Shown piece by piece: positions 34,030 through 42,718 of a stretch of 64,000 bases of DNA (within the stretch, counting starts at the first letter, position 1; each line of letters opens with the position of its first letter). Source of the stretch: an uncultured Opitutaceae bacterium (GTDB taxonomy: Bacteria; Verrucomicrobiota; Verrucomicrobiia; Opitutales; Opitutaceae); contig CBFHXU010000001.1 in NCBI GenBank assembly GCA_965659875.1, positions 3,171-67,170 of the forward strand, written 5' to 3'. Below the pieces are notes generated by a model, which was not told where the DNA came from, ran no database searches, and saw only the letters and a program-made list of their open reading frames with translations. The position numbers and the translations under genes were made by a program.

Positions 34030-36030
34030 ATGCCCCTATCCCGATTGCCGCGGTGCCTGTTATGGGTGCTGTTTGCCGCCTCCTCGCTCTTCGCCCACGA
34101 CCCCACGGAAGAGTTTGTGACCGATGTCACCACGGAGGCCAAACCGTGGACGCATCTGGAGTTTCAGAACGACCCGGACAATTTCCAGTTTGCGGTGGTC
34201 TCCGATCGCACCGGCAGTCCGCGCAAGGGGGTGTTTCAGGACGCGGTCAAAAAGCTGAACTGGATGATGCCCGAATTCGTGATCTCGGTGGGCGATTTGA
34301 TCAAAGGCACCAGCGAAAATGCGACCACCAACGACGCGGAATGGGACGAATTTTTGAGTTGGGTGGAGCCGTTGAAAATACCCTTTTTCTTCGCGGCGGG
34401 AAACCACGACATCCAGATGAAATGGATCAAAGGCCGGGTGCAGCCGGACGATATGTTAGCAGCGTGGAACGAGCGATTCGGCACCACGCACTATTCCTTC
34501 GTCTATAAAAACGTGCTCTTTGTCGTGCTCTTCACCAACGACAACAAAGAACAATTCATCGGCGAAGAGCAGGTCGCTTATTTTGAGGAAACCCTCGCGG
34601 AACACGCCGACGTGCGCTGGACGTTTGTGCTGCTGCATCATCCGTTGTGGGTCTATCCGCACGAGAGCAATTTCTCGCGAATCGAAGATGCTCTGAAAGG
34701 GCGCAAACATACGGTGTTGGCCGGCCACCACCACCGTTATGTGCACATGGATCGAAACGACAGTGACTACATCCTGTTGGCGTCAACCGGTGGGGGATCG
34801 AAGTTGCGGGGGCAGGCCTTCGGCGAATTCGACCACTTCGCATGGTTCACCATGACGGATGAGGGTCCGGTCATGGCGAATTTGGAGCTGAGCGGAATCA
34901 TGCCGAAGGATGTCGCGACTGACAAGTCGTTCACGCGACTGCGGGAGTTGGAACAAAGCGCCGAGGCCAAGACCCATTTGATTCTGGAAACCCAACCCGA
35001 CGGCAACGTCACAGGCGGCTCGGTCTTTATCGAATTTAGTAACCGGTCGCTAAAACCGCTGCAGGTTGAAGGTCGGTTCAAACACAACCATGTGGTGTAT
35101 CCGCAACTGGACTGGGGAGAGATTGATCTGGGCATCGGCTCCAACTGGCGCGTGGTCATCGAGGCGGAACTCAAAATCATGGATGAGTTCAAGGCCGAAG
35201 ACGCAGAGGTGCTCGAACTCGATCTGAAGTTTAGTCATTCAGGTGATGAAGATATCGTGATCAACCAGACTTATCCGATCACTCTCCAGCCGGGTCACTA
35301 CGAATTGGATCCCGTCGAGGAGTTTAGTTTTATCGATGTGGCGGATGGTCGGATAACGGCCTCCAATGACATGCGCGATATCCGCTACACGCTCGATGGC
35401 TCGGAGCCGACGATCAACTCTCCAATGATGGATCAACCGGTTCCTATCGAGGAGGATACCGTGTTGAAGGCGCGAGTCGTCACGCAGGGGGGAATCGCCG
35501 GTCCGGTGGATACGACCCTCTATAAAAGAGTGCCTGCCGGACCGGGACTGATGGCGCGTTATTACGAACACGACAGGAGCTTGGGCAAGGTAAACCAAAT
35601 GCCGATCTTCTCGGGGCTATACCCGACAGTAGTTAAGCCCGTTACCCATCTGGATCTGAGTCAGATCGCCCGGCGCGACGAATATTTTGCATTGATTTTT
35701 TACGGTTGGTTGGAAGTCCCCGAATCGGGAAATTATGGATTTCATGTCGACTCGGCCGATGGCGTGCGACTGATGCTTAATGGCAAGGATGTGGTCGATG
35801 ATCAGATCAAACATCCGCGGCGTGAATCGACAGGCTTTGCCCACCTCGAGGCCGGACGCCACGCATTCGAACTTCACTTTTTTCAGTCCAATCACGACAG
35901 CCATCTGAGCCTCGACTACACCCTGCCTTCAGGGAAACGTTTACCTGTTCCGGCCTCCGCGTTCTCCATCGATGCGGACGCGAAACTTCGATTTAAACCC
36001 GATCCAGAATGGTCGGGATCCACCTCTTGA
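34030..36030 (+). CDS. Calcineurin-like metallophosphoesterase + chitobiase/Fn3-associated domain + PA14 domain
   Basis: Signal peptide. Metallophosphoesterase motifs: VVSDRTG, GDLIKG, AAGNHD, LLHHPLW, AGHHHRY. IRYTLDGSEPT marks the CHB_HEX_C-like part. PA14-like C-terminus: GLMARYYEHD ... GNYGFHVDSADGVRLMLNG. Confidence 0.8.
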   Translation: MPLSRLPRCLLWVLFAASSLFAHDPTEEFVTDVTTEAKPWTHLEFQNDPDNFQFAVVSDRTGSPRKGVFQDAVKKLNWMMPEFVISVGDLIKGTSENATTNDAEWDEFLSWVEPLKIPFFFAAGNHDIQMKWIKGRVQPDDMLAAWNERFGTTHYSFVYKNVLFVVLFTNDNKEQFIGEEQVAYFEETLAEHADVRWTFVLLHHPLWVYPHESNFSRIEDALKGRKHTVLAGHHHRYVHMDRNDSDYILLASTGGGSKLRGQAFGEFDHFAWFTMTDEGPVMANLELSGIMPKDVATDKSFTRLRELEQSAEAKTHLILETQPDGNVTGGSVFIEFSNRSLKPLQVEGRFKHNHVVYPQLDWGEIDLGIGSNWRVVIEAELKIMDEFKAEDAEVLELDLKFSHSGDEDIVINQTYPITLQPGHYELDPVEEFSFIDVADGRITASNDMRDIRYTLDGSEPTINSPMMDQPVPIEEDTVLKARVVTQGGIAGPVDTTLYKRVPAGPGLMARYYEHDRSLGKVNQMPIFSGLYPTVVKPVTHLDLSQIARRDEYFALIFYGWLEVPESGNYGFHVDSADGVRLMLNGKDVVDDQIKHPRRESTGFAHLEAGRHAFELHFFQSNHDSHLSLDYTLPSGKRLPVPASAFSIDADAKLRFKPDPEWSGSTS

Positions 36031-37337
36031 TGAAAAATCTACTCCGACTCCCTCTCGTCATATTGTCGACGATCTTCTCGGCTCAGGCCGAATCGCCGCG
36101 TCCCAACATCGTCCTGATCATGGCGGACGACATGGGCCAAGAAACCCTTTCGAGTTATGGATCCGCAGACTATGATACGCCCCGACTAGATGCGATGGCG
36201 GCGTCGGGCATGCGCTTCACGCAGACCCATTCCCAGCCCCTTTGCACGCCCACCCGGGTGCAGATCATGACGGGTCAATACAACGTGCGGAACTACGCGC
36301 ATTTTGGGCAACTGCCGACCACCCAACGCACATTTGCCAATGACCTGAGGGAGGTGGGGTATGCGACTGCGATTGCGGGCAAGTGGCAGCTCGGCAAGGA
36401 CCGAAAGTTGATCGATCATTTTGGTTTCGATGAATACTGCCTGTGGTGGCTGGAACGGAAGAGTTGGCGCTATGGCAACGTGGGGGAGTTGATTCAGAAC
36501 GGCGAAATATTGCCGGGCGAAAAAGGGGAGTATGGTCCCGACGTGCTCAACCGGTTTGTGCTCGATTTCATGGAACGCCATGTGGACGAACCTTTCCTGG
36601 TTTATTACCCGATGTTGCTGCCGCATTCGCCCTTCGTTCCCACGCCCAACTCGGCGGGGTCGCCGGCCCCCGACATAGCTGATCCGGCCTATTTCAAGGA
36701 TATGGTGGAATACACGGATGAGTTGGTCGGACGCGTGGTGGATAAACTCGACGATCTCGGGATTCGGGAAAACACCCTCGTGGTGTTCATTGGCGACAAT
36801 GGCACCAACAACGACATCACTTCGCGCATGATTGATGGCCGCAGTATTCAGGGCGCGAAGGGCACCATGACGAATGGAGGAACGCACGTGCCCATGGTGG
36901 TAAATTGGCCCGGCACCGTGCCCGCCGGGTTGGTCTCGGAAGGGTTGGTGGATTTCTCCGATTTCATGCCGACGATGCATCGGTTGGCGGGATTTGAGCC
37001 GGCGGCGGATCGGCCGATGGATGGGTTTGATCTCGGGCCGGTGATTACCGGTCAGCGACCGACTTTACGCGAGTGGTCCTATTGTTGGTATCGGCGGGGC
37101 AAGGATGAGGCCCGTGTTTCGATTGTGGATCAGGAAGTTGACGCCTTCGCCCGCACGGTCCGATTCAAGCGCTATCACGACGGCCGTTTTTTCGACACCC
37201 TCAATGACGTTTTGGAGCAGCGCCCGCTTGATCCCCAAACGCTCGATAGTTCGACGCGCCAAGTATGGTCGCAACTGGGCAAGGTGTTGGCTGAATTTGA
37301 GATTATCGGTGTTCAGCGAATTGGTCCACAGGAGTAG
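36030..37337 (+). CDS. Sulfatase (S1)
   Basis: RPNIVLIMADDMGQ and canonical CTPTRVQIMTG. The ATG overlaps the upstream stop (TGATG). Confidence 0.88.
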   Translation: MKNLLRLPLVILSTIFSAQAESPRPNIVLIMADDMGQETLSSYGSADYDTPRLDAMAASGMRFTQTHSQPLCTPTRVQIMTGQYNVRNYAHFGQLPTTQRTFANDLREVGYATAIAGKWQLGKDRKLIDHFGFDEYCLWWLERKSWRYGNVGELIQNGEILPGEKGEYGPDVLNRFVLDFMERHVDEPFLVYYPMLLPHSPFVPTPNSAGSPAPDIADPAYFKDMVEYTDELVGRVVDKLDDLGIRENTLVVFIGDNGTNNDITSRMIDGRSIQGAKGTMTNGGTHVPMVVNWPGTVPAGLVSEGLVDFSDFMPTMHRLAGFEPAADRPMDGFDLGPVITGQRPTLREWSYCWYRRGKDEARVSIVDQEVDAFARTVRFKRYHDGRFFDTLNDVLEQRPLDPQTLDSSTRQVWSQLGKVLAEFEIIGVQRIGPQE

Positions 37338-37502
37338 GGAGGGCGCAAATCTTACGAGAGGATTCTGGCGTAGTGCCGTTCTTCAGGCGGCATTTAAGAG
37401 TGGAGGAACGCCGGCTAAAGCACGGCGCTATTTTGCGGCGAGGCAGAAGCGGATAGTCCGGCAGTGCCGTCGTCGCCAAAGCTTTGGCTAGACTGGTTGT
37501 CT

Positions 37503-38588
37503 CTACCGTTCGGCTGACGCGGCTTTGGGAGTTGTGAACTTGCGCGTCCGATGGACGGGCGTCGCGCTATGGCCGTCCACCCATTCGCCTTCGACGAGAA
37601 TCCAGAGCGGGTCTTCCGGCACACCGTTTTCGTTGCGGGTGAGTTGGTCCACCACTAGGTTAACCGCGACCTTCCCGGCGCCGCTCCACTTGGGATTGTA
37701 GCCGGCGTAGCCCTCGTAGGATGAGTGCCAACCCAGATGGGCGTAACCCACTTTCTGCGGCTGCGTATAGCCTAGTGAATCGAGTTGATGAGGCACGTCC
37801 TTGCCGACCCCGAGGACACAATCGGGGCGGTATTTTTCCAACCAATTTTCGAGTTCATTGAGATCCTCTTCGCTGTCGGTTTCTTCCCGGTAGAAGATCG
37901 GGATCAGATCCTTCTCAGCGATATTGAGATCTTCCGAATGAAGAGCCGCACTGCGTTTGAAGTCGGAGGAACGTTCGAAGATTTTGGGAATGATGACCCC
38001 GAACCGTTGGTAGCCACGGTCCTGCAACTTTTTGATTAATTTGATCATGTTGCCGTAGTGGTTCACCTCCACGCGATGCAGCTTGGGATTCAGGTGAGCC
38101 CCGCCGATTGAAACCATGGCCAATCCGCTAAGATCGAGGGAGGACAGATCTACCTCGCGCTCCATGAAGTGTTCAAAAATAACGGCCCCGATGCCGCGGG
38201 CCCGGATGATCTCGATCAGCCGGCGGGGATTCATTCCCGGCTCATACCAGCCGAATTCTTCGACTCGAAATCCGAGTGCCTCCGCTTGGCGGTGAATTCC
38301 GCGGCGCAGCGAATCCGGATTTCCTTCCCGGTCGTAGTCCCAAGGTTGGCAATGGATTTCTGCAATAACAGGGGAAATGAGCGAAGTCCGCTTGAAGCGC
38401 ACACTCGACATCACCGCTGACATGATGGGGTGGGATTCGTAACCGAGTTCCCGGGCGGCCTTGATGATCTTATCTTTGGTGGCGGCTTTGTGTCCCGGCA
38501 GATTGCGCAGAGCTCGGCTTACCGTGGCTTTGGAAACGCCGACCTTGTCGGCAATTGCCTGAATATTGACGCGCTTGGGAGGGGTCAT
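37503..38588 (-). CDS. LacI-family transcriptional regulator
   Basis: N-terminal HTH VNIQAIADKVGVSKATVSRALRN, followed by a periplasmic-binding-protein-like sugar-binding fold. ATG at 38588; the longer 38633 start is TTG. Confidence 0.85.
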   Translation of the reverse strand: MTPPKRVNIQAIADKVGVSKATVSRALRNLPGHKAATKDKIIKAARELGYESHPIMSAVMSSVRFKRTSLISPVIAEIHCQPWDYDREGNPDSLRRGIHRQAEALGFRVEEFGWYEPGMNPRRLIEIIRARGIGAVIFEHFMEREVDLSSLDLSGLAMVSIGGAHLNPKLHRVEVNHYGNMIKLIKKLQDRGYQRFGVIIPKIFERSSDFKRSAALHSEDLNIAEKDLIPIFYREETDSEEDLNELENWLEKYRPDCVLGVGKDVPHQLDSLGYTQPQKVGYAHLGWHSSYEGYAGYNPKWSGAGKVAVNLVVDQLTRNENGVPEDPLWILVEGEWVDGHSATPVHRTRKFTTPKAASAER

Positions 38589-38620
38589 GGGAGGAGGGGT
38601 GGAAGGGGGATTCGGACGGT

Positions 38621-38631
38621 GGAAACGTTCC
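38621..38631. promoter_or_regulatory. Operator-like site GGAAACGTTCC
   Basis: 33 nt upstream of the regulator ATG at 38588. Confidence 0.3.
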
Positions 38632-38685
38632 AACTGAGGTGCTCAAAAGGGCGTGTCCGCGTTATGACCACAATACCCATAAAGT

Positions 38686-38698
38686 GTAACGGTTCCAT
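38686..38698. promoter_or_regulatory. Operator-like site GTAACGGTTCCAT
   Basis: Matches both TonB-receptor-upstream 13-mers at 12/13 positions. Preceded by AGT, like the site at 38740. Confidence 0.5.
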
Positions 38699-38739
38699 TC
38701 GATATCTATCCACAAAAAACGTGAAAGGGGTGGTTGAGT

Positions 38740-38750
38740 GTAACGCTTCC
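38740..38750. promoter_or_regulatory. Operator-like site GTAACGCTTCC
   Basis: 114 nt upstream of the inositol oxygenase ATG. The context AGTGTAACG.TTCCA is shared with 38686. Confidence 0.4.
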
Positions 38751-38863
38751 ACTACCGAGGCGGTGACTCTTCGAGGGCGAATTGCAGCGTCTTTATCACT
38801 GAACGGAATCCCGATTGATCTCTGTTCGGGTTTCAACTTTACCGTCAGATTTTTCGCACCCCA

Positions 38864-39772
38864 ATGAAAGACGAATTACACACCCGCTCGACCGCCCCGC
38901 TGGAGAGCTTGGATGAATGGGAAGACTTCCTGAAAGAACGCTACCCGGAGCCCGCTTCCGCGGATCGAAAGATCCCTTCCGTGGGAACCGATCCCGATAA
39001 GAAGAAGGAGGAATTTCGCGACTACGAAGCAAACGCCCGTGATACCGTGCGGGAATTCTATAAGCTCAATCATGAGGGCCAAACCCATGCCTTCGTATTG
39101 GCGAAACAGCAGGAATACCTCGGCCTCAATCGCATGGAAATGGGCGTGTGGGAGGCACTGCAGTATCTGAATCAGCTCATCGACGACTCCGACCCCGACA
39201 CGGATCTTTCTCAGGCCGAGCACTTGCTGCAAACCGCCGAAGGTATTCGGCGCGACGGGCATCCCCGTTGGATGATTCTCACGGGCTTGATGCATGATTT
39301 GGGCAAAGTCCTCTGTCTATGGGGCGAACCGCAATGGGCCGTGGTGGGCGATACGTTTCCGACGGGTTGTGCCTTCTCCGACAAGAACGTGTTTCCCGAA
39401 TTCTTCGCGAACAATCCTGACTCCCAAGTGGAGGCCTACCAAAGCGAATGCGGCATCTATGAACCGGGCTGTGGTTTCGATCGCGTCGCCCTGTCGTGGG
39501 GGCACGACGAATACATCTACCATGTGTGTAAGGACTACCTCCCGGCCGAGGGGTTGGCCATGCTGCGCTATCATAGTTTCTACCCGTGGCACCGGGAAGG
39601 GGCTTACACGAAGTTGGCGAATGACCATGATCGGGAGATGCTGCCCTGGGTGCTCAAGTTTAATGAATACGACCTCTACACGAAGAGCCACGGCTCTCCC
39701 CGTGAAGCGGAACTCCGTCCCTTTTACGAAGAGTTAATCGCCGAGTTTTTTCCGGCTAAAATTCGGTGGTGA
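38864..39772 (+). CDS. myo-Inositol oxygenase (MIOX family, HD-domain di-iron)
   Basis: [49 protein letters not shown], and FNEYDLYTK, ending in W. Colinear with eukaryotic MIOX. Confidence 0.85.
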   Translation: MKDELHTRSTAPLESLDEWEDFLKERYPEPASADRKIPSVGTDPDKKKEEFRDYEANARDTVREFYKLNHEGQTHAFVLAKQQEYLGLNRMEMGVWEALQYLNQLIDDSDPDTDLSQAEHLLQTAEGIRRDGHPRWMILTGLMHDLGKVLCLWGEPQWAVVGDTFPTGCAFSDKNVFPEFFANNPDSQVEAYQSECGIYEPGCGFDRVALSWGHDEYIYHVCKDYLPAEGLAMLRYHSFYPWHREGAYTKLANDHDREMLPWVLKFNEYDLYTKSHGSPREAELRPFYEELIAEFFPAKIRW

Positions 39773-39814
39773 GGACGTCCACCCTCACGACTCCTACCTC
39801 CAACTTCGCCCCCC

Positions 39815-41191
39815 ATGGTTTCCAGTAAACAACCCAATGTAATCGTCTTTCTGACCGATCAACAGAGGCACGACACGACCGGTGTGCACGGCTGCACTCT
39901 TGGACTCACCCCCAACTTTGACCGCGTTGCTCAAGAGGGCACCCACGTAGCCAAAAGTTTCACCTGTCAACCAGTCTGCGCGCCGGCCCGCGCTTGCCTC
40001 CAGACGGGTAAGTATGCGACCCAGACGGGGGTCTGGCGCAATGGCTACGAACCGGCGTCCGATATACCCACTCTCGCCAACTATTTCAATGATGCGGGTT
40101 ACCATACCGGTTACATCGGCAAGTGGCATCTGGCCTCCACCGACCACCATGGCGCGGTGCCCAAGGACCTGCAGGGCGGTTACCAATCGTGGTTGGGCGC
40201 GAATCTTTTGGAGTTTGTTACTGATGCCTACGACACTCGGTTGTGGGATCAGGACGGCGAGGAGCATCAACTGCCGGGCTATCGGGTTGACGCGCTGACG
40301 GATGCGGCGATTCGCCATATTCATGATCGCAGCAAAACCAACCAACCCTTCTTTCTCTTTGTCTCTCATCTCGAGCCGCATCATCAGAACTCGCGCGACG
40401 ATTATCCGGCCCCGCGCGGCTATGAGGACGAGCAAGCCACGTCGAAAATTCCTCCTGATCTGCGGGCGGGCGATGGCACCGCGGTCCAACACTGGCCGGG
40501 TTACTGTGGCATGGTGAAGCGCTTGGACGAATCGTTCGGCCGCATGCTCGATGCGCTCGAAAGTCTCGGTATCACCGATGACACTATCGTGCTCTTTTCC
40601 TCGGATCATGGAAACCATTTCAAGACCCGGAACGCCGAATACAAACGGTCCTGCCACGATGCCTCCATCCGGGTGCCCACCGCGATCACTGGACCCGGGT
40701 TCGAGGGTGGTGGTCGACTGAAGAAGCTCGTAACTCTGGTAGATCTGCCACCGACGTTGTTGGATGCCGCTGGTATCGGAGTTCCGGATACGATGGAAGG
40801 ACGGTCCATTTTACCGTTATTGCAAAACAATCGGATGGAGTGGCCGGAAGAGGTTTTTGTGCAAATTAGCGAAAGCCAAACGGGCCGGGCCGTGCGCACG
40901 GAGCGCTGGAAGTATTCGGTACGTTGTCCGGACGTTGACGAGGCGGGTAATCCGATTTCCCAACCGACAGCAGAGACTTACATCGATGATTGCCTCTACG
41001 ATCTAAAGGCGGATCCGTGGGAACTCACCAATCTTGTTGGCTACACATCCCACGCTGATGTGGTGCGCGTTATGCGCGAACGTCTCGTTCGTCGGATGGT
41101 GGCGATTGGAGAACCGGAGCCCAAGTTCGTCGATGCTCCGCCCGCGGCGCCTTACGAGCACATCGTCTCAGCAGAAGAAGCTTACGCTTGA
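39815..41191 (+). CDS. Sulfatase (S1)
   Basis: PNVIVFLTDQQRHD and canonical CAPARACLQTG. Confidence 0.88.
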   Translation: MVSSKQPNVIVFLTDQQRHDTTGVHGCTLGLTPNFDRVAQEGTHVAKSFTCQPVCAPARACLQTGKYATQTGVWRNGYEPASDIPTLANYFNDAGYHTGYIGKWHLASTDHHGAVPKDLQGGYQSWLGANLLEFVTDAYDTRLWDQDGEEHQLPGYRVDALTDAAIRHIHDRSKTNQPFFLFVSHLEPHHQNSRDDYPAPRGYEDEQATSKIPPDLRAGDGTAVQHWPGYCGMVKRLDESFGRMLDALESLGITDDTIVLFSSDHGNHFKTRNAEYKRSCHDASIRVPTAITGPGFEGGGRLKKLVTLVDLPPTLLDAAGIGVPDTMEGRSILPLLQNNRMEWPEEVFVQISESQTGRAVRTERWKYSVRCPDVDEAGNPISQPTAETYIDDCLYDLKADPWELTNLVGYTSHADVVRVMRERLVRRMVAIGEPEPKFVDAPPAAPYEHIVSAEEAYA

Positions 41192-41229
41192 GGCAAGCGG
41201 GGTCGCTATTTTCGGGATGGCTGAAGCAT

Positions 41230-41288
41230 GTCGGGCGTAAAGTTTACCTGCCTATGGCAGCGCCGGAGGCGACCAGGGCCCGACCCAC
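41230..41288. repeat. REP hairpin split by a 36-nt palindromic module (41243-41278)
   Basis: gtcgggcgtaaag | tttacctgcctatggcagcgccggaggcgaccaggg | cccgac. Deleting the module restores the 19-nt REP exactly. Confidence 0.7.
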
Positions 41289-41310
41289 GGCAAAGCGACG
41301 ACACCCAACT

Positions 41311-41336
41311 TTTGTCGGGCTTCATAGCCCGACAAA
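41311..41336. repeat. REP variant hairpin TTTGTCGGGC-TTCATA-GCCCGACAAA
   Basis: Perfect 10-bp stem sharing the GTCGGGC/GCCCGAC core. Confidence 0.7.
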
Positions 41337-41430
41337 GCACCTCGTGGAGGATGGAGTGCAGCGTAGTGCCGTGCACCATCTGTCATTTGACGCCTCATGC
41401 CTGACGCGGCGTCCGTTCCGGCAGGATATC

Positions 41431-41703
41431 TCAGGAATAGTGATAGCGGGCCTGAGCGAAGAGCAGGCGATCCTTTTTCACAATGTAGACGAGTCGATGT
41501 TCCTGCGTGATCCGTCGTGACCAGACGCCGGCACCGAGATGACGAAGAGGTTCTGGTTTTCCGATACCTTTGAAGGGGTCTCGGCGAATTGCCTCGACCA
41601 GCTCCAAAATTTTGAGGGCTACTTTCCTGTCTTTACTCACCCAATGAGATAGGTCCTCGAGAAAATCGCGGTCAAAGACCAGATCCCGAGGAGTCTCGCT
41701 CAT
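41431..41703 (-). CDS. yoeB: YoeB/Txe-family toxin (ribosome-dependent mRNA interferase)
   Basis: 90 aa starting at the ATG at 41703: FKGIGKPEPLRH ... WSRRITQEHRLVY ... ARYHY. ATGA overlap with the antitoxin stop. Confidence 0.85.
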   Translation of the reverse strand: MSETPRDLVFDRDFLEDLSHWVSKDRKVALKILELVEAIRRDPFKGIGKPEPLRHLGAGVWSRRITQEHRLVYIVKKDRLLFAQARYHYS

Positions 41704-41972
41704 GCTTTCACCCGTGCCGCTAGATCGGCCGAGGACATTTTTTTGCCACGACCTGACTCCAAGCGTTTCAACGCGCCTAACAACCGCTGGGCATTGGCAG
41801 GGGATCGAAGCAGATGGGCGGTCTCTTCCATGCCACGCCATTCATCCAAAGGCACCATGACCACGGATTCGTGGCCGCGACGTTCCATCACCACGGGTTC
41901 GCGGGTGGAAACGGTCTCGTCCCAAAATGACGCGAGTTTGTCGCGTGCTTCGGTGTAGGAGGTCCTTGTCAT
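41700..41972 (-). CDS. yefM: Phd/YefM-family antitoxin
   Basis: 90 aa: SYTEARDKLASFWDETVSTREPVVMERRGHESVVMVPLDEW ... ETAHLLRSPANAQRL. Confidence 0.85.
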   Translation of the reverse strand: MTRTSYTEARDKLASFWDETVSTREPVVMERRGHESVVMVPLDEWRGMEETAHLLRSPANAQRLLGALKRLESGRGKKMSSADLAARVKA

Positions 41973-42043
41973 CGCTCCAAGCTAACCTGAACAGGAACCC
42001 TGTCCAGAATGAAGGTGCGACCTATGGAAGATGTTTTGTCTGC

Positions 42044-42712
42044 TTAAAGCTCTTTAATACGCAGGTTTTTCCAGGAAACGAAACTCTTGTCGCCGGAGTG
42101 GACCTGTAGGCCGAAAAAGCCTTCAAGAGTATTGTGGTCAGGATCAGTGTCTACGAAGTGAGCCCGAAGTTCGCCGTTGAACCAGATCTTGGTGACGTTG
42201 CCCTCACAGAGGATGCGCACGTCGTTCCACTCTTCCCAATTGATGAGGGCTTTGCCCTGCTCGGTGAACGCGGCTTGTCCGCGCGGGTCGGTGGAGTGGG
42301 GCTGCAGCCATTTGCGACGGGCTTCGTCGTAGATGCCGCCGGACCAGGCGCGTTCGGGTTTGTTGCCGTGTTCGCATTGGTAACCGAAGACCCTCCCGTT
42401 GTCGCCGGGACGCTGGAGGGCGCGGAACATCACGCCCGAGTTGCCATGGAGACGTTTGTAGGAGAACCGGAAATCGAAATCGGTGAACGTGCGATCCGTG
42501 CGCAGGAAGGTATTGCCCTTCACGTTCTCGCCGTAGCCGATGATCATGCCGTCCTCGGCTTTGAAGCTGCCGGTTCCGCCCACGATGTGCCAGCCATCGA
42601 GGGTTTTGCCGTTAAAGAGAGGCTTGAACCCCTGTTCGTGATGGGCGGCGTGGCCGAGGGAGGCTCCGCCCAGAATAATTGAAGCGAGGATGAGGATACG
42701 GGAGAGTTTCAT
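42044..42712 (-). CDS. DUF1080 (3-keto-disaccharide hydrolase family) protein, secreted
   Basis: Signal peptide, FKPLFNGKTLDGWHIVGG, and a C-terminal GLQVHSGDKSFVSWKNLRIKEL. Confidence 0.85.
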   Translation of the reverse strand: MKLSRILILASIILGGASLGHAAHHEQGFKPLFNGKTLDGWHIVGGTGSFKAEDGMIIGYGENVKGNTFLRTDRTFTDFDFRFSYKRLHGNSGVMFRALQRPGDNGRVFGYQCEHGNKPERAWSGGIYDEARRKWLQPHSTDPRGQAAFTEQGKALINWEEWNDVRILCEGNVTKIWFNGELRAHFVDTDPDHNTLEGFFGLQVHSGDKSFVSWKNLRIKEL

Positions 42713-42718
42713 ATGGGA

